From: an uncultured Spirochaetota bacterium
GTDB taxonomy: Bacteria; Spirochaetota; Spirochaetia; SZUA-6; Fen-1364
DNA: 64,000 nucleotides
NCBI GenBank assembly: GCA_963820525.1
Contig: CAWGAA010000003.1
Coordinates: 288,001 to 352,000 of the forward strand
Direction of reading: 5' to 3'
Shown here one piece after another: positions 22,169-32,600 of the stretch. The notes beneath the pieces are model-generated. The model saw nothing but the letters and a program-made list of their open reading frames with translations. It had not been told where the DNA came from and did no database searches. Each line of letters opens with the position of its first letter. Position 1 is the stretch's first letter. Made by a program: the position numbers and the translations under genes.

Positions 22169-24475
22169 TCAGCTCGAAAACAGGTACGTAACGCAGTCCC
22201 TCACGACGAGGCGGAAGCGGTTCCTTCCCTGGCGGAGCTTTCGGCGGAAGCTCCGGGGGCAGTCTTCGAGGCACCGGCCTCCGTTGGACACGTGTTTGGC
22301 GAAGCAGCCGAGGCTGATGAAAAGCGGCGGAGAGAACGAGGGGGAGACGCGCACGAGGGGCGGCCCCGAGCGGGGCGGGGCGGCCAGCGCGGCGTAGTCA
22401 TCCGCGGTGCCCTCGATCCAGAAGTACATGAACATGAGCTTTTTCACGTGGCGGGAAAGGAAGAGGGCGGCGGCGCGGTTGGCCACGTAGAGGGGGAAGT
22501 CGACGAAGAATGCGACGTTAACGAGTGCCTCCAGCTCCTGGGCAAAGGCGATATGGGAGACATTGGAGAGCCCGAGGGCGAAACGGGTTTGAGGGCTTCG
22601 GGCCAGGAAGCTCTTCAGGGCGTCGAGGAACCGCCGCTCATCGTCGACGAGCGGCGGGAGGGGGACGAAAATGAGCGAGTCCCGGGATGCCGGAACCACG
22701 CCTGCGGGCGGGCTGCCCCCCTGATCGAGAAGGGCGAAGGGGATGGGCTCGCAGCCCCGCCACGAAAGGTGCTCCCTTCGGGAAACGGCCGATACTTCAG
22801 AGAGATCGAGGGCCTCCCCCTCCCCGCCGGCAGCCGGCTCGCCGCGGGGATGTGACACCCAGAGGACCCGCTCGGCCATCGCCGCGTCGAACAGAGATTC
22901 GAGATGCCTGTAAAAATCGTTTTTCGCCTTTTTTAAGGCGGAGGGGGGAATGAAGATTCCATCCCGCGGCCTTCCGCTTCGATTCACCAGGGTGAGCCTT
23001 CCCAGGGCGAAGAGCGAATCCCCCGACTCCGAGAAGAGCCGCGCGAGGACGACGGTGAAATCCCTGGGCTCGGCCGCCGCGTCCAGGGTCACCTCGCGCG
23101 TGAAGGGGCCCGCAGCCAATGCCGCGTTCACGATGGCAGCCGGCCCTCCGACGAGCTCGATCGAAAGCGAGCAGCCGGAGCTCGAGGCTTTCACGCAGAC
23201 CTCGATGTCCACGGACATCTTGGCCAGGGGGAACGATGCTTCCCGGGGCTGCGGCAAGTCGAGGAAGCGCGAAGATAGCTGGCGGATCTCCCGCCCCTTG
23301 ACCGGCGGAAATCCCGCGGGCATTGGCGGCACGTCGATGCTCACCGTCTCCCCTTTTCGGGCGAACTTCACCTCCCTGCGGGCGCGGCGGATGCGCTGAA
23401 CGGAAAAGATGAAGGGCTCCCCAGGGCCGAAGATCGCCAGGCCGTCGCGAATCGACAGGTCGGATTGAAGAGTCACGCTCACCTCGCCGTTTCGCGCGGA
23501 TTCCACGGTGCCCAGGAGCGCGCCCCTGTGGCCCGGGTAGCGGACGTCGATGAGGAAGCTTCCGGAGGGCGCATGGAGGAACCCGCCCGTCTTTTCCCTC
23601 GAGAAGGTGAGCTCGGTTCTCCTCACGAGCTCTTCGTATTCGTCCTCTGCGAGCTCGTCTCCCCTGTCGATGAGCTCGCGGTAGAGCCGCGCCGTGTTGA
23701 AGACGTACTCGGGAGACTTCATCCTCCCCTCGATCTTGAAGGCATCCACCCCGGCCCTGGAGAGCTCGAGCACCTCCCTGCCGAGGAAAAGATCGCGGCA
23801 GGAGAAATAATGGCCCGAGCCGAGCGGGAGGCGGCTCCGCCGTCCCTCCGGCCCCGCCTCGCTGAAGAGGCTGCGGCAGATCTGGGCGCAGTCGCCCCGG
23901 TTGCCCGAGCGGCCCGTGAGCGCGCTGGAGGCAAGGCAGACCCCGGAGAAGCTGTAGCACATCGCCCCGTGGATGAAGGTTTCCAGCTCCATGTCGGGAT
24001 GAGCCTCGCGCAGGGCGCGGATGCGCGTCAGGGTGAGCTCGCGCGGGAGGATCACGCGGCGCACGCCCAGACGCTTGAGAAACCCAATTCCCGCCGGGTT
24101 GTGGACCGCCATCTGCGTGGAGGCATGGACCGGGAGGCGGGGGAAATCGCGCCTGAGGATCGACAGTACGCCGAGGTCCTGGACGATGATCCCGTCCACG
24201 GCGAGGGCTTCCAGGCGGAAGAGCATCTCGGTGAGCCTTTCGATCTCGCTTTCACGCACGATCGTGTTGACGGTGACGTAGATGCGCTTTCCCTGGTCCG
24301 CCGCGAGCCGCCGGATCCGCCGCAGCTGCTCGAAGGTGAAATTGGATGCCGCCTTTCGCGCGGAGAACTCGGTCATCCCGAGGTACACCCCGTCGGCTCC
24401 GGCCTGGAATGCGTGGTACGCGGAGAGGAAGCTCCCGCCGGGGGCGAGAAGCTCGGGCTTCTTCATCGGCTCCAA
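22169..24475 (-). CDS. Peptidase U32 family protein (RlhA/TrhP-like RNA hydroxylation protein)
   Basis: KPELLAPGG, GADGVYLG, HASTQM, HGAMCYSFSGVC...NRGDCAQICR Fe-S cysteines, KIEGRMK. Confidence 0.88.
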   Translation of the reverse strand: MEPMKKPELLAPGGSFLSAYHAFQAGADGVYLGMTEFSARKAASNFTFEQLRRIRRLAADQGKRIYVTVNTIVRESEIERLTEMLFRLEALAVDGIIVQDLGVLSILRRDFPRLPVHASTQMAVHNPAGIGFLKRLGVRRVILPRELTLTRIRALREAHPDMELETFIHGAMCYSFSGVCLASSALTGRSGNRGDCAQICRSLFSEAGPEGRRSRLPLGSGHYFSCRDLFLGREVLELSRAGVDAFKIEGRMKSPEYVFNTARLYRELIDRGDELAEDEYEELVRRTELTFSREKTGGFLHAPSGSFLIDVRYPGHRGALLGTVESARNGEVSVTLQSDLSIRDGLAIFGPGEPFIFSVQRIRRARREVKFARKGETVSIDVPPMPAGFPPVKGREIRQLSSRFLDLPQPREASFPLAKMSVDIEVCVKASSSGCSLSIELVGGPAAIVNAALAAGPFTREVTLDAAAEPRDFTVVLARLFSESGDSLFALGRLTLVNRSGRPRDGIFIPPSALKKAKNDFYRHLESLFDAAMAERVLWVSHPRGEPAAGGEGEALDLSEVSAVSRREHLSWRGCEPIPFALLDQGGSPPAGVVPASRDSLIFVPLPPLVDDERRFLDALKSFLARSPQTRFALGLSNVSHIAFAQELEALVNVAFFVDFPLYVANRAAALFLSRHVKKLMFMYFWIEGTADDYAALAAPPRSGPPLVRVSPSFSPPLFISLGCFAKHVSNGGRCLEDCPRSFRRKLRQGRNRFRLVVRDCVTYLFSS

Positions 24476-24487
24476 TGTATTCGCTTT

Positions 24488-25696
24488 TTATACGCTCGAC
24501 AACGCGTGAGCCCCCCGGCTGTGGCCGGGTGCCTCTTTTCGCTCCAGCCGCGCTACGGACTCCACGTGAGAAGTCTGCGGGAAAAAGTCGAAAAGCCTGA
24601 GGTCCCGAAGGCGATAGGGGCCGGCCAAGAGAAGGGAGAGGTCGCGCGCCAGGGTCACGGGATTGCACGAGACGTACACGAGCTTCCTCGGGGCCGCGGC
24701 GCTCAGGTACTCGCGCACCGGACGCGAAAGCCCGGCGCGGGGAGGATCCACGATCACGGCTTCGATGGCGGCGCCGGAGGAAGCGGAGGAAATCCATTGT
24801 TCGACGGTGAGGGCGTAAACCTCATTCGCGACGCCCGGCACGTTTCTCCTGGCGTAGGCCGCGCTGCGGGGGTCGCTTTCCACGGCGATGATCCGCTGGA
24901 AGCGATCCGCAAGATGCGCGGCGAACACCCCCACCCCGCAGTAGAGGTCGGCCGCGATACGGGGCCCCGCCCCCTGGTCTGCCCGGTCGCCCCCGGCCAT
25001 TCCTTCGACGGCGAAGGGAAGGAGCTTCTCCAGGGCGGCCAGATTGCTCTGGAAGAAACATCCCACGGAAAAAAGAATCCGCTTCGAGTGCACCGTCACT
25101 TCCAGGTCCTCCTCATCGCCGTCACCCTGAAATGCCAGCCGCTCGCCTTCCCCGAAGACCGCGAATCGCGCGGGCCCCGCGGGCGGAGGATCGTGAAAGA
25201 GGCGGTTCACGGCGGGGACGGCGACGGGACAGCTTTCAACGGGGACCACGCGGTCGCTTCGAAAGCCCATGAACCCGAGGCGCCCTTCTTCATCCCTGTG
25301 GATCTGCGCCCTGTTCCTGTAGCCCAGGGGAGGGCTCGGCTCGATCTCGAGCTCTCCCGCCTCGATGCGGCCCACGCGCCGCAAAGCCTCGGCAACGATG
25401 GCCTTCTTCAGTGAGAGCTGCTCCTCATAGCGGATGTGAAGCCAGTCGCATCCGCCGCACACTCCCGCAAGTGGGCATGGAGGCTCCACTCTCGCTGGGG
25501 AAGGGGACATCACTTCGAGGAGGGCGGCCCGTGCATAATCCCCTCTCTCCTCCACGAGCCTGGCCCGCACCCGCTCTGCCGGAAGCACTCCGGGTACGAA
25601 CACGGCCTTTCCGTCCAGGAAAGCCAGCCCGTCTCCGCCCGCCACGAGCTTTTCTATGGTGAGGTCCACATCGGAGCGCAGTATCTTGCTCTTCAT
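24488..25696 (-). CDS. TRAM-domain RNA (uracil-5)-methyltransferase, RlmD/TrmA family
   Basis: TRAM N-terminus, CxxxxxCGGC, FFQSN, DLYCGVG, VDPPRAGL, YVSCNP, DFFPQTSHVE. Confidence 0.9.
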   Translation of the reverse strand: MKSKILRSDVDLTIEKLVAGGDGLAFLDGKAVFVPGVLPAERVRARLVEERGDYARAALLEVMSPSPARVEPPCPLAGVCGGCDWLHIRYEEQLSLKKAIVAEALRRVGRIEAGELEIEPSPPLGYRNRAQIHRDEEGRLGFMGFRSDRVVPVESCPVAVPAVNRLFHDPPPAGPARFAVFGEGERLAFQGDGDEEDLEVTVHSKRILFSVGCFFQSNLAALEKLLPFAVEGMAGGDRADQGAGPRIAADLYCGVGVFAAHLADRFQRIIAVESDPRSAAYARRNVPGVANEVYALTVEQWISSASSGAAIEAVIVDPPRAGLSRPVREYLSAAAPRKLVYVSCNPVTLARDLSLLLAGPYRLRDLRLFDFFPQTSHVESVARLERKEAPGHSRGAHALSSV

Positions 25697-25748
25697 CGCC
25701 TTTCCCGTGGAATGTAGCATTTTCGCCGGGGGAGAGCCATCAGTAATG

Positions 25749-25795
25749 CCTACAGAAATGTAGTGATTATATCGCTGTTCCTACATTTCCGTAGG
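25749..25795. promoter_or_regulatory. Paired palindromic enhancer-like sites (CTACA-N4-TGTAG) upstream of the glnA sigma54 promoter
   Basis: cctacagaaatgtag (25749-25763) and ctacatttccgtagg (25781-25795) are inverted copies with 1 mismatch; each is self-palindromic. Confidence 0.65.
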
Positions 25796-25852
25796 GAATA
25801 TGATATTTCGAGCATCACCCGGGTACAAGTAAGTTATTGCTATATAAATAAT

Positions 25853-25865
25853 TAAAAGCTTGATT
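25853..25865 (-). promoter_or_regulatory. IHF-consensus site
   Basis: TAAAAGCTTGATT is the reverse complement of WATCAANNNNTTR, in an AT-rich tract between the enhancer and promoter. Confidence 0.5.
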
Positions 25866-25871
25866 GATAAT

Positions 25872-25886
25872 TGGCACGCCCTTTGC
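25872..25886 (+). promoter_or_regulatory. sigma54 (-24/-12) promoter of glnA
   Basis: TGGCAC-GCCCT-TTGC, exact consensus spacing, 57 bp upstream of the glnA ATG. Confidence 0.88.
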
Positions 25887-25943
25887 TTTAATGTCACAAA
25901 GATTTGTGCTGGTTATAAACAGATTTGAGCTTAGGAGGACATA

Positions 25944-27368
25944 ATGAACATCGGAAAAACACCAAAGGAGATCGTTTCCTTCATCGAGAAGGAGAAGGTC
26001 GAGGTGGTGGACCTGCGCTTCATGGATTTCCCCGGCCTTTGGCAGCACTTCTCCGTTCCCGCCAGGGAGCTGAGCGAGGAGGCATTCGAGAGAGGCCTTG
26101 GATTCGATGGATCGAGCATCCGCGGCTGGCAGGCCATCAATGAGAGCGACATGCTGGTCAAGCCCGTGGCCGACACGGCATTCATCGACCCCTTTCTGGC
26201 GGCCAAGACCCTTGTCGTGATCTGCAACATCTGCGACCCGATAACCGGAGAGGACTACACTCGAGACCCCCGCAACATCGCGCGCAAGGCGGAAAACTAC
26301 CTCAAAGGCACGGGCCTCGCAGAAGTCGCCTACTTTGGACCCGAGCTGGAGTTCTTCATCTTCGACGACATCCGCTTCGCACAGAACGAGCACGAGGGTT
26401 ACTACCACATCGATTCGTCGGAAGGAAGCTGGAACACGGGAAGGGTTGAGAACCCGAATCTCGGCTACAAGATCCGCTACAAGGAAGGCTATTTCCCCGT
26501 TCCGCCAATGGATACGCTCCAGGACATCAGGAGCGAGATGATGCTCACCCTCGAGTCCATCGGCATCCCCATCGAGGCCCAACACCACGAGGTTGCCACC
26601 GGCGGGCAGTCTGAAATAGACATGCGGTTCGCCCCCCTGGTGAAGATGGCGGACAACGTTCTGAAGTACAAGTACGTGACCAAGAACACGGCAAAGAAGC
26701 ACAACAAGATCGTCACGTTCATGCCCAAGCCCCTCTTCGGAGACAACGGAAGCGGCATGCACGTGCACTTCTCCCTCTGGAAAGGCGAAAAGAACCTCTT
26801 CGCAGGAGACGGCTACGCGGGGCTTTCCCAGACCGCGCTCTACGCCATCGGCGGCATTCTGAAGCACGCTCCCGCGATCCTGGCGTTCGCCACTCCCACC
26901 ACCAACAGCTTCAAGAGGCTGGTGCCCGGCTTCGAAGCCCCCGTCAATCTTGCCTACTCCCGCAGGAACAGGAGCGCGGCGGTCCGCATCCCCATGTACT
27001 CCACCTCGCCCAAGACCAAGAGGGCCGAGTTCCGCTGTCCCGACCCCAGCTGCAATCCTTACCTCACCTTCTCCGCCATGCTCATGGCAGGCTTGGACGG
27101 AATAATAAACAAGATCGACCCGGGCCAGCCCATGGACAAGGACATCTACGACCTTCCGCCCGAGGAGCTGGCCGCTGTGCCCAAGACCCCGGGCTCGCTG
27201 CGCGATGTGCTGAAGGCCCTGGAGAACGATCACGACTTCCTGCTCAAGGGAGACGTGTTCACTCCCGACGTGATCGAGACCTGGATCTCCTACAAGATGA
27301 AGAACGAGGTCCTCGCGCTGGATCTGCGGCCGCATCCCTGGGAGTTCCACCTGTATTTCGACATTTGA
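25944..27368 (+). CDS. glnA: Glutamine synthetase type I
   Basis: [43 protein letters not shown], adenylylation-site Tyr in [11 protein letters not shown]. Confidence 0.98.
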   Translation: MNIGKTPKEIVSFIEKEKVEVVDLRFMDFPGLWQHFSVPARELSEEAFERGLGFDGSSIRGWQAINESDMLVKPVADTAFIDPFLAAKTLVVICNICDPITGEDYTRDPRNIARKAENYLKGTGLAEVAYFGPELEFFIFDDIRFAQNEHEGYYHIDSSEGSWNTGRVENPNLGYKIRYKEGYFPVPPMDTLQDIRSEMMLTLESIGIPIEAQHHEVATGGQSEIDMRFAPLVKMADNVLKYKYVTKNTAKKHNKIVTFMPKPLFGDNGSGMHVHFSLWKGEKNLFAGDGYAGLSQTALYAIGGILKHAPAILAFATPTTNSFKRLVPGFEAPVNLAYSRRNRSAAVRIPMYSTSPKTKRAEFRCPDPSCNPYLTFSAMLMAGLDGIINKIDPGQPMDKDIYDLPPEELAAVPKTPGSLRDVLKALENDHDFLLKGDVFTPDVIETWISYKMKNEVLALDLRPHPWEFHLYFDI

Positions 27369-27397
27369 AAGGTCATGGGGCAGGCCCACTCCACTAT

Positions 27398-27428
27398 AAA
27401 AAGCCCCCGCAAGCGGGGGCTTTTTTTT
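27398..27428 (+). terminator. Rho-independent (bidirectional) terminator
   Basis: aaaaagcccccgc-aa-gcgggggc-tttttttt between convergent glnA and the PAP2 gene. Confidence 0.9.
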
Positions 27429-27434
27429 CGGGTC

Positions 27435-28381
27435 TCAGGAGCTCTCTGCCCCGCCCGCTTCAGAAAGACCCAGCTTCCCGAAAACCCAGGGTGCGCCCGC
27501 GGAAACCCAGAAGCCGATCAAAGCGTATTGGACGGAGCGAAGGAGGGAGCCGGAATATCCTTCGGTGGACAGCAGAAGGAGATTGATCCCGAGGGTGAAA
27601 ACCAGCGCGCCCGCAGATCCGATGAGGAAGCGTGCCGCGCGTTTCCAGATCGGCCCCGCAGCGCTGAACCCGCCATGCCTGCCCAGCACGGCCGCGCCGA
27701 GCGCGAAGCCGAAGAACGCCCCGGCGCTCGCCAGGACCAGGTTCAGAGCGAGAAGCCGCGGAGGCGCGCCGATCTTCAATAATATTCCCGGTGAGAGCTC
27801 TCTCGCGATCCGAAAGCCGCTCAACACGGAGGTGAAAAACCCTCTGAGCAGGATCAGCAGGAATGAGACTCCAAGAGAGAGGAGGATCGAAGCCCCCAGG
27901 CCCAGACGCCCGAGCCACGCCTCCACGGGGCCCCTGAAGCGCAGGTAAGCCCAAAGAGTGACGCCTCCGATGAACCAGCCGACCATCACGTCGAGGGGGG
28001 AATGCGCCCGCTGGTACACGCGCGATATTCCGATCAAGACGGCAAGCATCCCTGCGGCCGCCCAGGCCCAGGCCCTCTTCACCCGCTCGGCGCCGATACC
28101 CCAGGCCCCGACGGCGATTTGGGCGTGCCCCGAAGGAATCCCGTAGGGGGTCTCACCGGCCAACAAACCAACGCGCGGACAGAGCCAGTACGGCCATGCC
28201 TCGTGGAAGGCGATTTTGAAGATTTCGCTCAGGCTCCCGCTCCCAGGAGGAATATCGCCAGCCTCACTGCGAGCCGGGAATCCACGCACCAGTAGAGAAT
28301 GGGAAGCGCCATGACGAAGAACAGCTCCGAGCCGAAAAAAGAAAAGAGCCGTGTCGATATGGCAAGCAGATGGGCCGCCAT
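27435..28381 (-). pseudogene. PAP2 family membrane phosphatase, frameshifted near 28243
   Basis: N-part MAAHLL...LPILYWCVDSRLAVRLAIFLL, then the frame changes to GSGSLSEIFKIAFHEAWPYW...PSGHAQ...SRVYQRAH; one base is missing in a G run. Confidence 0.75.
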
Positions 28382-28421
28382 TCGGCTCACCTCCCCTGTC
28401 TGCCTTCGCGGCGGGGCGGGC

Positions 28422-28880
28422 TTACGCGCCCCCCTCGAAAATCCAGCGGTCAAGATTGCGGCCCCATTCCACCAGATCGGCCTGCGCGAACCACAGGGCC
28501 ACCTCCTCCTTGCCGTTATCAACGCTGTCGGATGCGTGGGTCAGGTTGCGACCCACCTCCAGCGCGAAGTCATGGCGAATGGAGCCGGGCGCCGCCTCGG
28601 CGGGCCGCGTAGCGCCCATGGTCTGACGCACGGCGGCCACGGCATTGGGCCCTTCCCAGACCATGGCCATCACCGGGGCCGAAGTGATGTAGGTGATAAG
28701 GCCGTCGTAGAACGGTTTGCCCTTATGAACGGCATAATGAGTCTCGGCCAGGCGGCGATCGACCCGCATGAACCTCGCCGCGACCAGGCGCAGGCCGCGG
28801 CGCTCCAGGCGCGAAACGACCTCGCCGATAAGCCCGCGCTGCACCCCGTCCGGTTTGACCAGCACCAGAGTCCGCTCCAT
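28422..28880 (-). CDS. ndk: Nucleoside diphosphate kinase
   Basis: MERTLVLVKPDGVQRGLIGE...GSIRHDF...NLTHASDS. Confidence 0.97.
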   Translation of the reverse strand: MERTLVLVKPDGVQRGLIGEVVSRLERRGLRLVAARFMRVDRRLAETHYAVHKGKPFYDGLITYITSAPVMAMVWEGPNAVAAVRQTMGATRPAEAAPGSIRHDFALEVGRNLTHASDSVDNGKEEVALWFAQADLVEWGRNLDRWIFEGGA

Positions 28881-28915
28881 TGTCATCTCCTCCTCGCCCT
28901 TTCGTCGGCTCCCTG

Positions 28916-29497
28916 TCAGAAGTGCGACGCGAGGATAAGCTCCTCCATGGTCCGCTTCGGAACGTGGTGGGTACGATCCGCGTCCCTGTAATACTTGATC
29001 GATCCTCCGGAAGGCAGGTCCTCGAGCACAACCTTCTCCACGGGCTTGCCCAGGGCGATCACGAGGGCGACCTTCAGACCCTCCGGCAGGGAGAGGCGCC
29101 GGGCAAGCTCCTCCCTCTGTATCGAGGCGAACATGCATCCGCCCAGCCCTTTTTCCACGGCGCCGAGAAGGATGGTCTGTGCCACGATGCCCACATCGAT
29201 ATCCGCCTCTTTGTGGATTCTTGTATCGAGCAGGATAACGATGTAGCCGGTCGGCCTTTCGGGCGCGTCGGGACCCGGCCAGTCGGGGAGATACCCGGCC
29301 CACGCGAGAGTCTCGAAGATCTTCGCGTTCCACTCCGGCGAGCCGGAGAGCACGTACTTCAACGGCTGCCTGTTCGCCGCCGAGGGGGTGACGCGGGCCA
29401 GAGCCAGAAGCTCGCGCAGGACTTTTTCATCCAGAGCGAACCTCCCGTCGAATCTCCTGTAGCTCCTGTTCCTCTCCACTATTTCTTTCAGGCTCAT
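28916..29497 (-). CDS. Nitroreductase family protein
   Basis: NRSYRRF, PSAANRQP, DVGIVAQTILLGAVEKGLGGC. Confidence 0.9.
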   Translation of the reverse strand: MSLKEIVERNRSYRRFDGRFALDEKVLRELLALARVTPSAANRQPLKYVLSGSPEWNAKIFETLAWAGYLPDWPGPDAPERPTGYIVILLDTRIHKEADIDVGIVAQTILLGAVEKGLGGCMFASIQREELARRLSLPEGLKVALVIALGKPVEKVVLEDLPSGGSIKYYRDADRTHHVPKRTMEELILASHF

Positions 29498-29618
29498 GTA
29501 TGCCTCCGGGAATGCTATCGCATTTTCCCGTTCTCTGATCAAGCCGGCGCCGGCACGGCAATCCCCGGCGTTCTTTTTGCCCCTTGGCATTGGGCCGGCA
29601 ACTCCCTATGGTTAAGCC

Positions 29619-32600
29619 ATGAGCGTCACGGCCGAGCGCCTGCAGGCCCTGCTCCCCGACCTGGCCCCCTCCTTCATAGAGAATCACGTCAGACGGCTTG
29701 ATGAAAGGTACTTCCAGAGGTTCGGCGAGGGGGATATCGCGGATCACGTGAGGCGTCTCTCCCAGCTTTCCCCGCGAGATCCCGTCCGCACGGTTGTCCG
29801 GGAAATCGAGAACGGGAGACTGGAATGCACCGTTCTCGCCTTCGACTACCCTTCCGTGTTCTCCCTTATCACGGGGGTCCTCTCCTCACTGGGCTTCGAC
29901 ACGCTTGCGGGAGACGTGTTCACCTACGCGCCATGGGACGGCCTGGCGCGGCAGACACGGGAGAACCACAGGTCCAGGCGCAGGGCGGGCGCACCCGACC
30001 GCGACAGGCGGCCGCCACGTGATGGGGATACCGGAAAAAGGCGGCTCATCATCGACTGCTTCACGGGGACCACGACGGGCGGGGTCTGGGGAGAAGAATG
30101 GGAGGAGGAGCTTTCCTCGCGGCTCCAGCAGGTCATCATCCTTCTGGAGCGCGGGGGAAACGATTCGCTCTCGCGGGCAAAGCAGAGCGTTTACGAAATG
30201 GCTGCGCGCGCAGTCACGCGAGCGGCGCCTTCCGAATCCGCGGTGCTCTACCCCGTTGCCATAGAGGTTGACGCCTCTCCCCCCGGCTGCACGCGCATGC
30301 GGGTCGTGTCCCAGGATACCCCTTTTTTCCTCTTCACCTTCAGCACGGCCCTCTCCCTCCAAGGTGTCTCGATCGAGCACGTGAGAATCAGAACCGAAGG
30401 CGGCAGGATAGAGGACGAGTTCGAGTTCGTGGACGCCTCGGGAAGGAAGATCGAGGAGCCGGGAAGGATAGACCGAATCAAGCTCTCCGTCCTGGTAACC
30501 AAGCAGTTCACTACGTTCCTGGGAGGGTCCCCGGACCCCCTCTCCGCCCTTCTGCGCTTCGAGAACCTGATGCGCGACATCGTGCCCATGTCCGAGCAGG
30601 GCAGGTGGTCCGAGCTTCTCTCCAACCAGCACGTCTTGAGCGATCTCGCCCAGCTCCTGGGCGCCAGCACCTACCTCTGGGAGGATTTCATACGCCTTCA
30701 GTACGAGACGCTCCTTCCCATGCTGCGGCCGCACGTGGGAGGCAAGAGCTTCTGCGAGCCCATCGAGCTTCTCCCCGAGCGGCTCGAGCTCGCCCTGGCG
30801 GGGGCCACGGAAGAGGAGGAATTCGCCCGAAGGCTCAACGAGTTCAAGGACCGCGAGATCTACCTCTATGACCTCGACCATATCCTCACCCCTGGTTCCG
30901 ACTTTCTCACCTTGAGCAAGCGGCTCACGGCCCTGGCGGAGGTAGTGGTGGATTGTGCCGCCTCCTTCGCGTACGAGGCGCTTTTGCAGCGGTTCGGAGA
31001 GCCGCGAACCGTGGCCGGCATCCCGGTCCGCTACGCGATCGTGGGCCTGGGGAAGATGGGAGGGGCGGCCCTGGGCTATGCCTCCGACATAGAGCTTCTC
31101 TTCGTGTACAGCGACAGCGGAACCACGGGCGCTCCCGACTCTGCGGCCCCCGCTGCCGGCATAGAGAACGCCGAGTTCTTCGGGCGATTGGCCCGGGAGA
31201 CCCAGCGCCTCGTCCACGCAAAACGTGAGGGAATCTTCCACATCGATTTACGCTTGCGCCCCTACGGGGACGCGGGCCCCCTGGCCTGCAGCCTGGAGAG
31301 CTTCTGCACGTACTACCCCCGGGGCGGCCCCGCGCATTCCTACGAGCGGCTCTCCCTCGTGCGCCTTCGCAGCGTGGGAGGGGACCGCCAGCTGGCGGCC
31401 CGCATCGAGCGGCTTCGCGACGAGATGGTGTACGCTGCCCAAAGCATAGAGCTTGAGGAGCTGTGGGAGCTCAGGGAGAGACAGGTCCGGGAAAAGACCA
31501 AGGGGGGCGCGCTGAACGCAAAGTTCAGCCCCGGCGCCCTCGTGGACCTTGAATACGCGGTCCAGATCCTCCAGGTGCTCCACGGGGCGCAGGAGAAGAG
31601 GCTTCGAACCCCGCGGATCCACGAAGCCCTCGACGCCCTGGCGCTCATCGGCGTGCTGGAGCGGCCCGAGGCGAAGGAGCTCGCCGACGCGTACCACTTC
31701 TTCCGCAGGCTCATCAACGGGCTTCGAATGCTGCGCGGCTCGGCGCAGGACCTGTTCCTCCCTTCCCTCGATTCCGACGAATACATGCACCTCGCCCGAA
31801 GGTCCGGCTACAAGCCGGAGCGCGAGATGAGCCCGGCGCGAAAGCTTCACCTCGACTTCGAGACCCACACGGCCGAGGTGAGGGCGTTCATGGAGCGGCA
31901 CTTCGGCCGCGGAAGCCTGCCGGGCATTCCGGCCGCGAACGTGGCGGACCTCATCCTCTCCGACACGGTGCCCGAGGGGGCACGGCGAGATATCCTCTCC
32001 GCGAAAGGGTTCCGCGATCCCGCCCGGGCCTTCGTCAATCTGAGGGAGCTATCGGGGGAGGCCGAGCGGCGCTCCCAGTTCGCCCGCCTGGCGATCCTTG
32101 CCTGCGACATCCTGTCCCAGCGGCCCGATCCCGACATGGCCTTGAACAACTGGGAGAGGTTCCTCCGCTCGCTTGACGATCCCCAGGGGCATTTCAGGGG
32201 GATGCTCTCCCAACCCATGCGCCTGGAGATCCTGCTCAGCATCTTTTCGACGAGCCAGTTCCTCGCGGATGCGCTTGTCAGAAACCCCGAGCTCCTTGAT
32301 TATATCGGGGCCTCCGAAGTCCTGCGCTCCCTCAAGGGGCACGTCGAGATCCAGCGGGAGCTCGCCTCAATTTCGAACCTGACCGCCCAGCGGGAAGGGT
32401 GGCGGGACGAGCTTCGCCGGTTCCGCCGCCGGGAGATCCTGCGCATCGGCGCCCGCGACATCTGCCTGGGAATGCCCACGCGAACCGTCATGGAAGAGCT
32501 TTCCGAGCTGGCAGATGGGGTCGTCTCGGCTTCCCTGGGCCGGCTTCGCGGAGGCACGATCGGCCGCGGAGGCGAACCGGGCGCGCCCCCCTGGCGGTTC

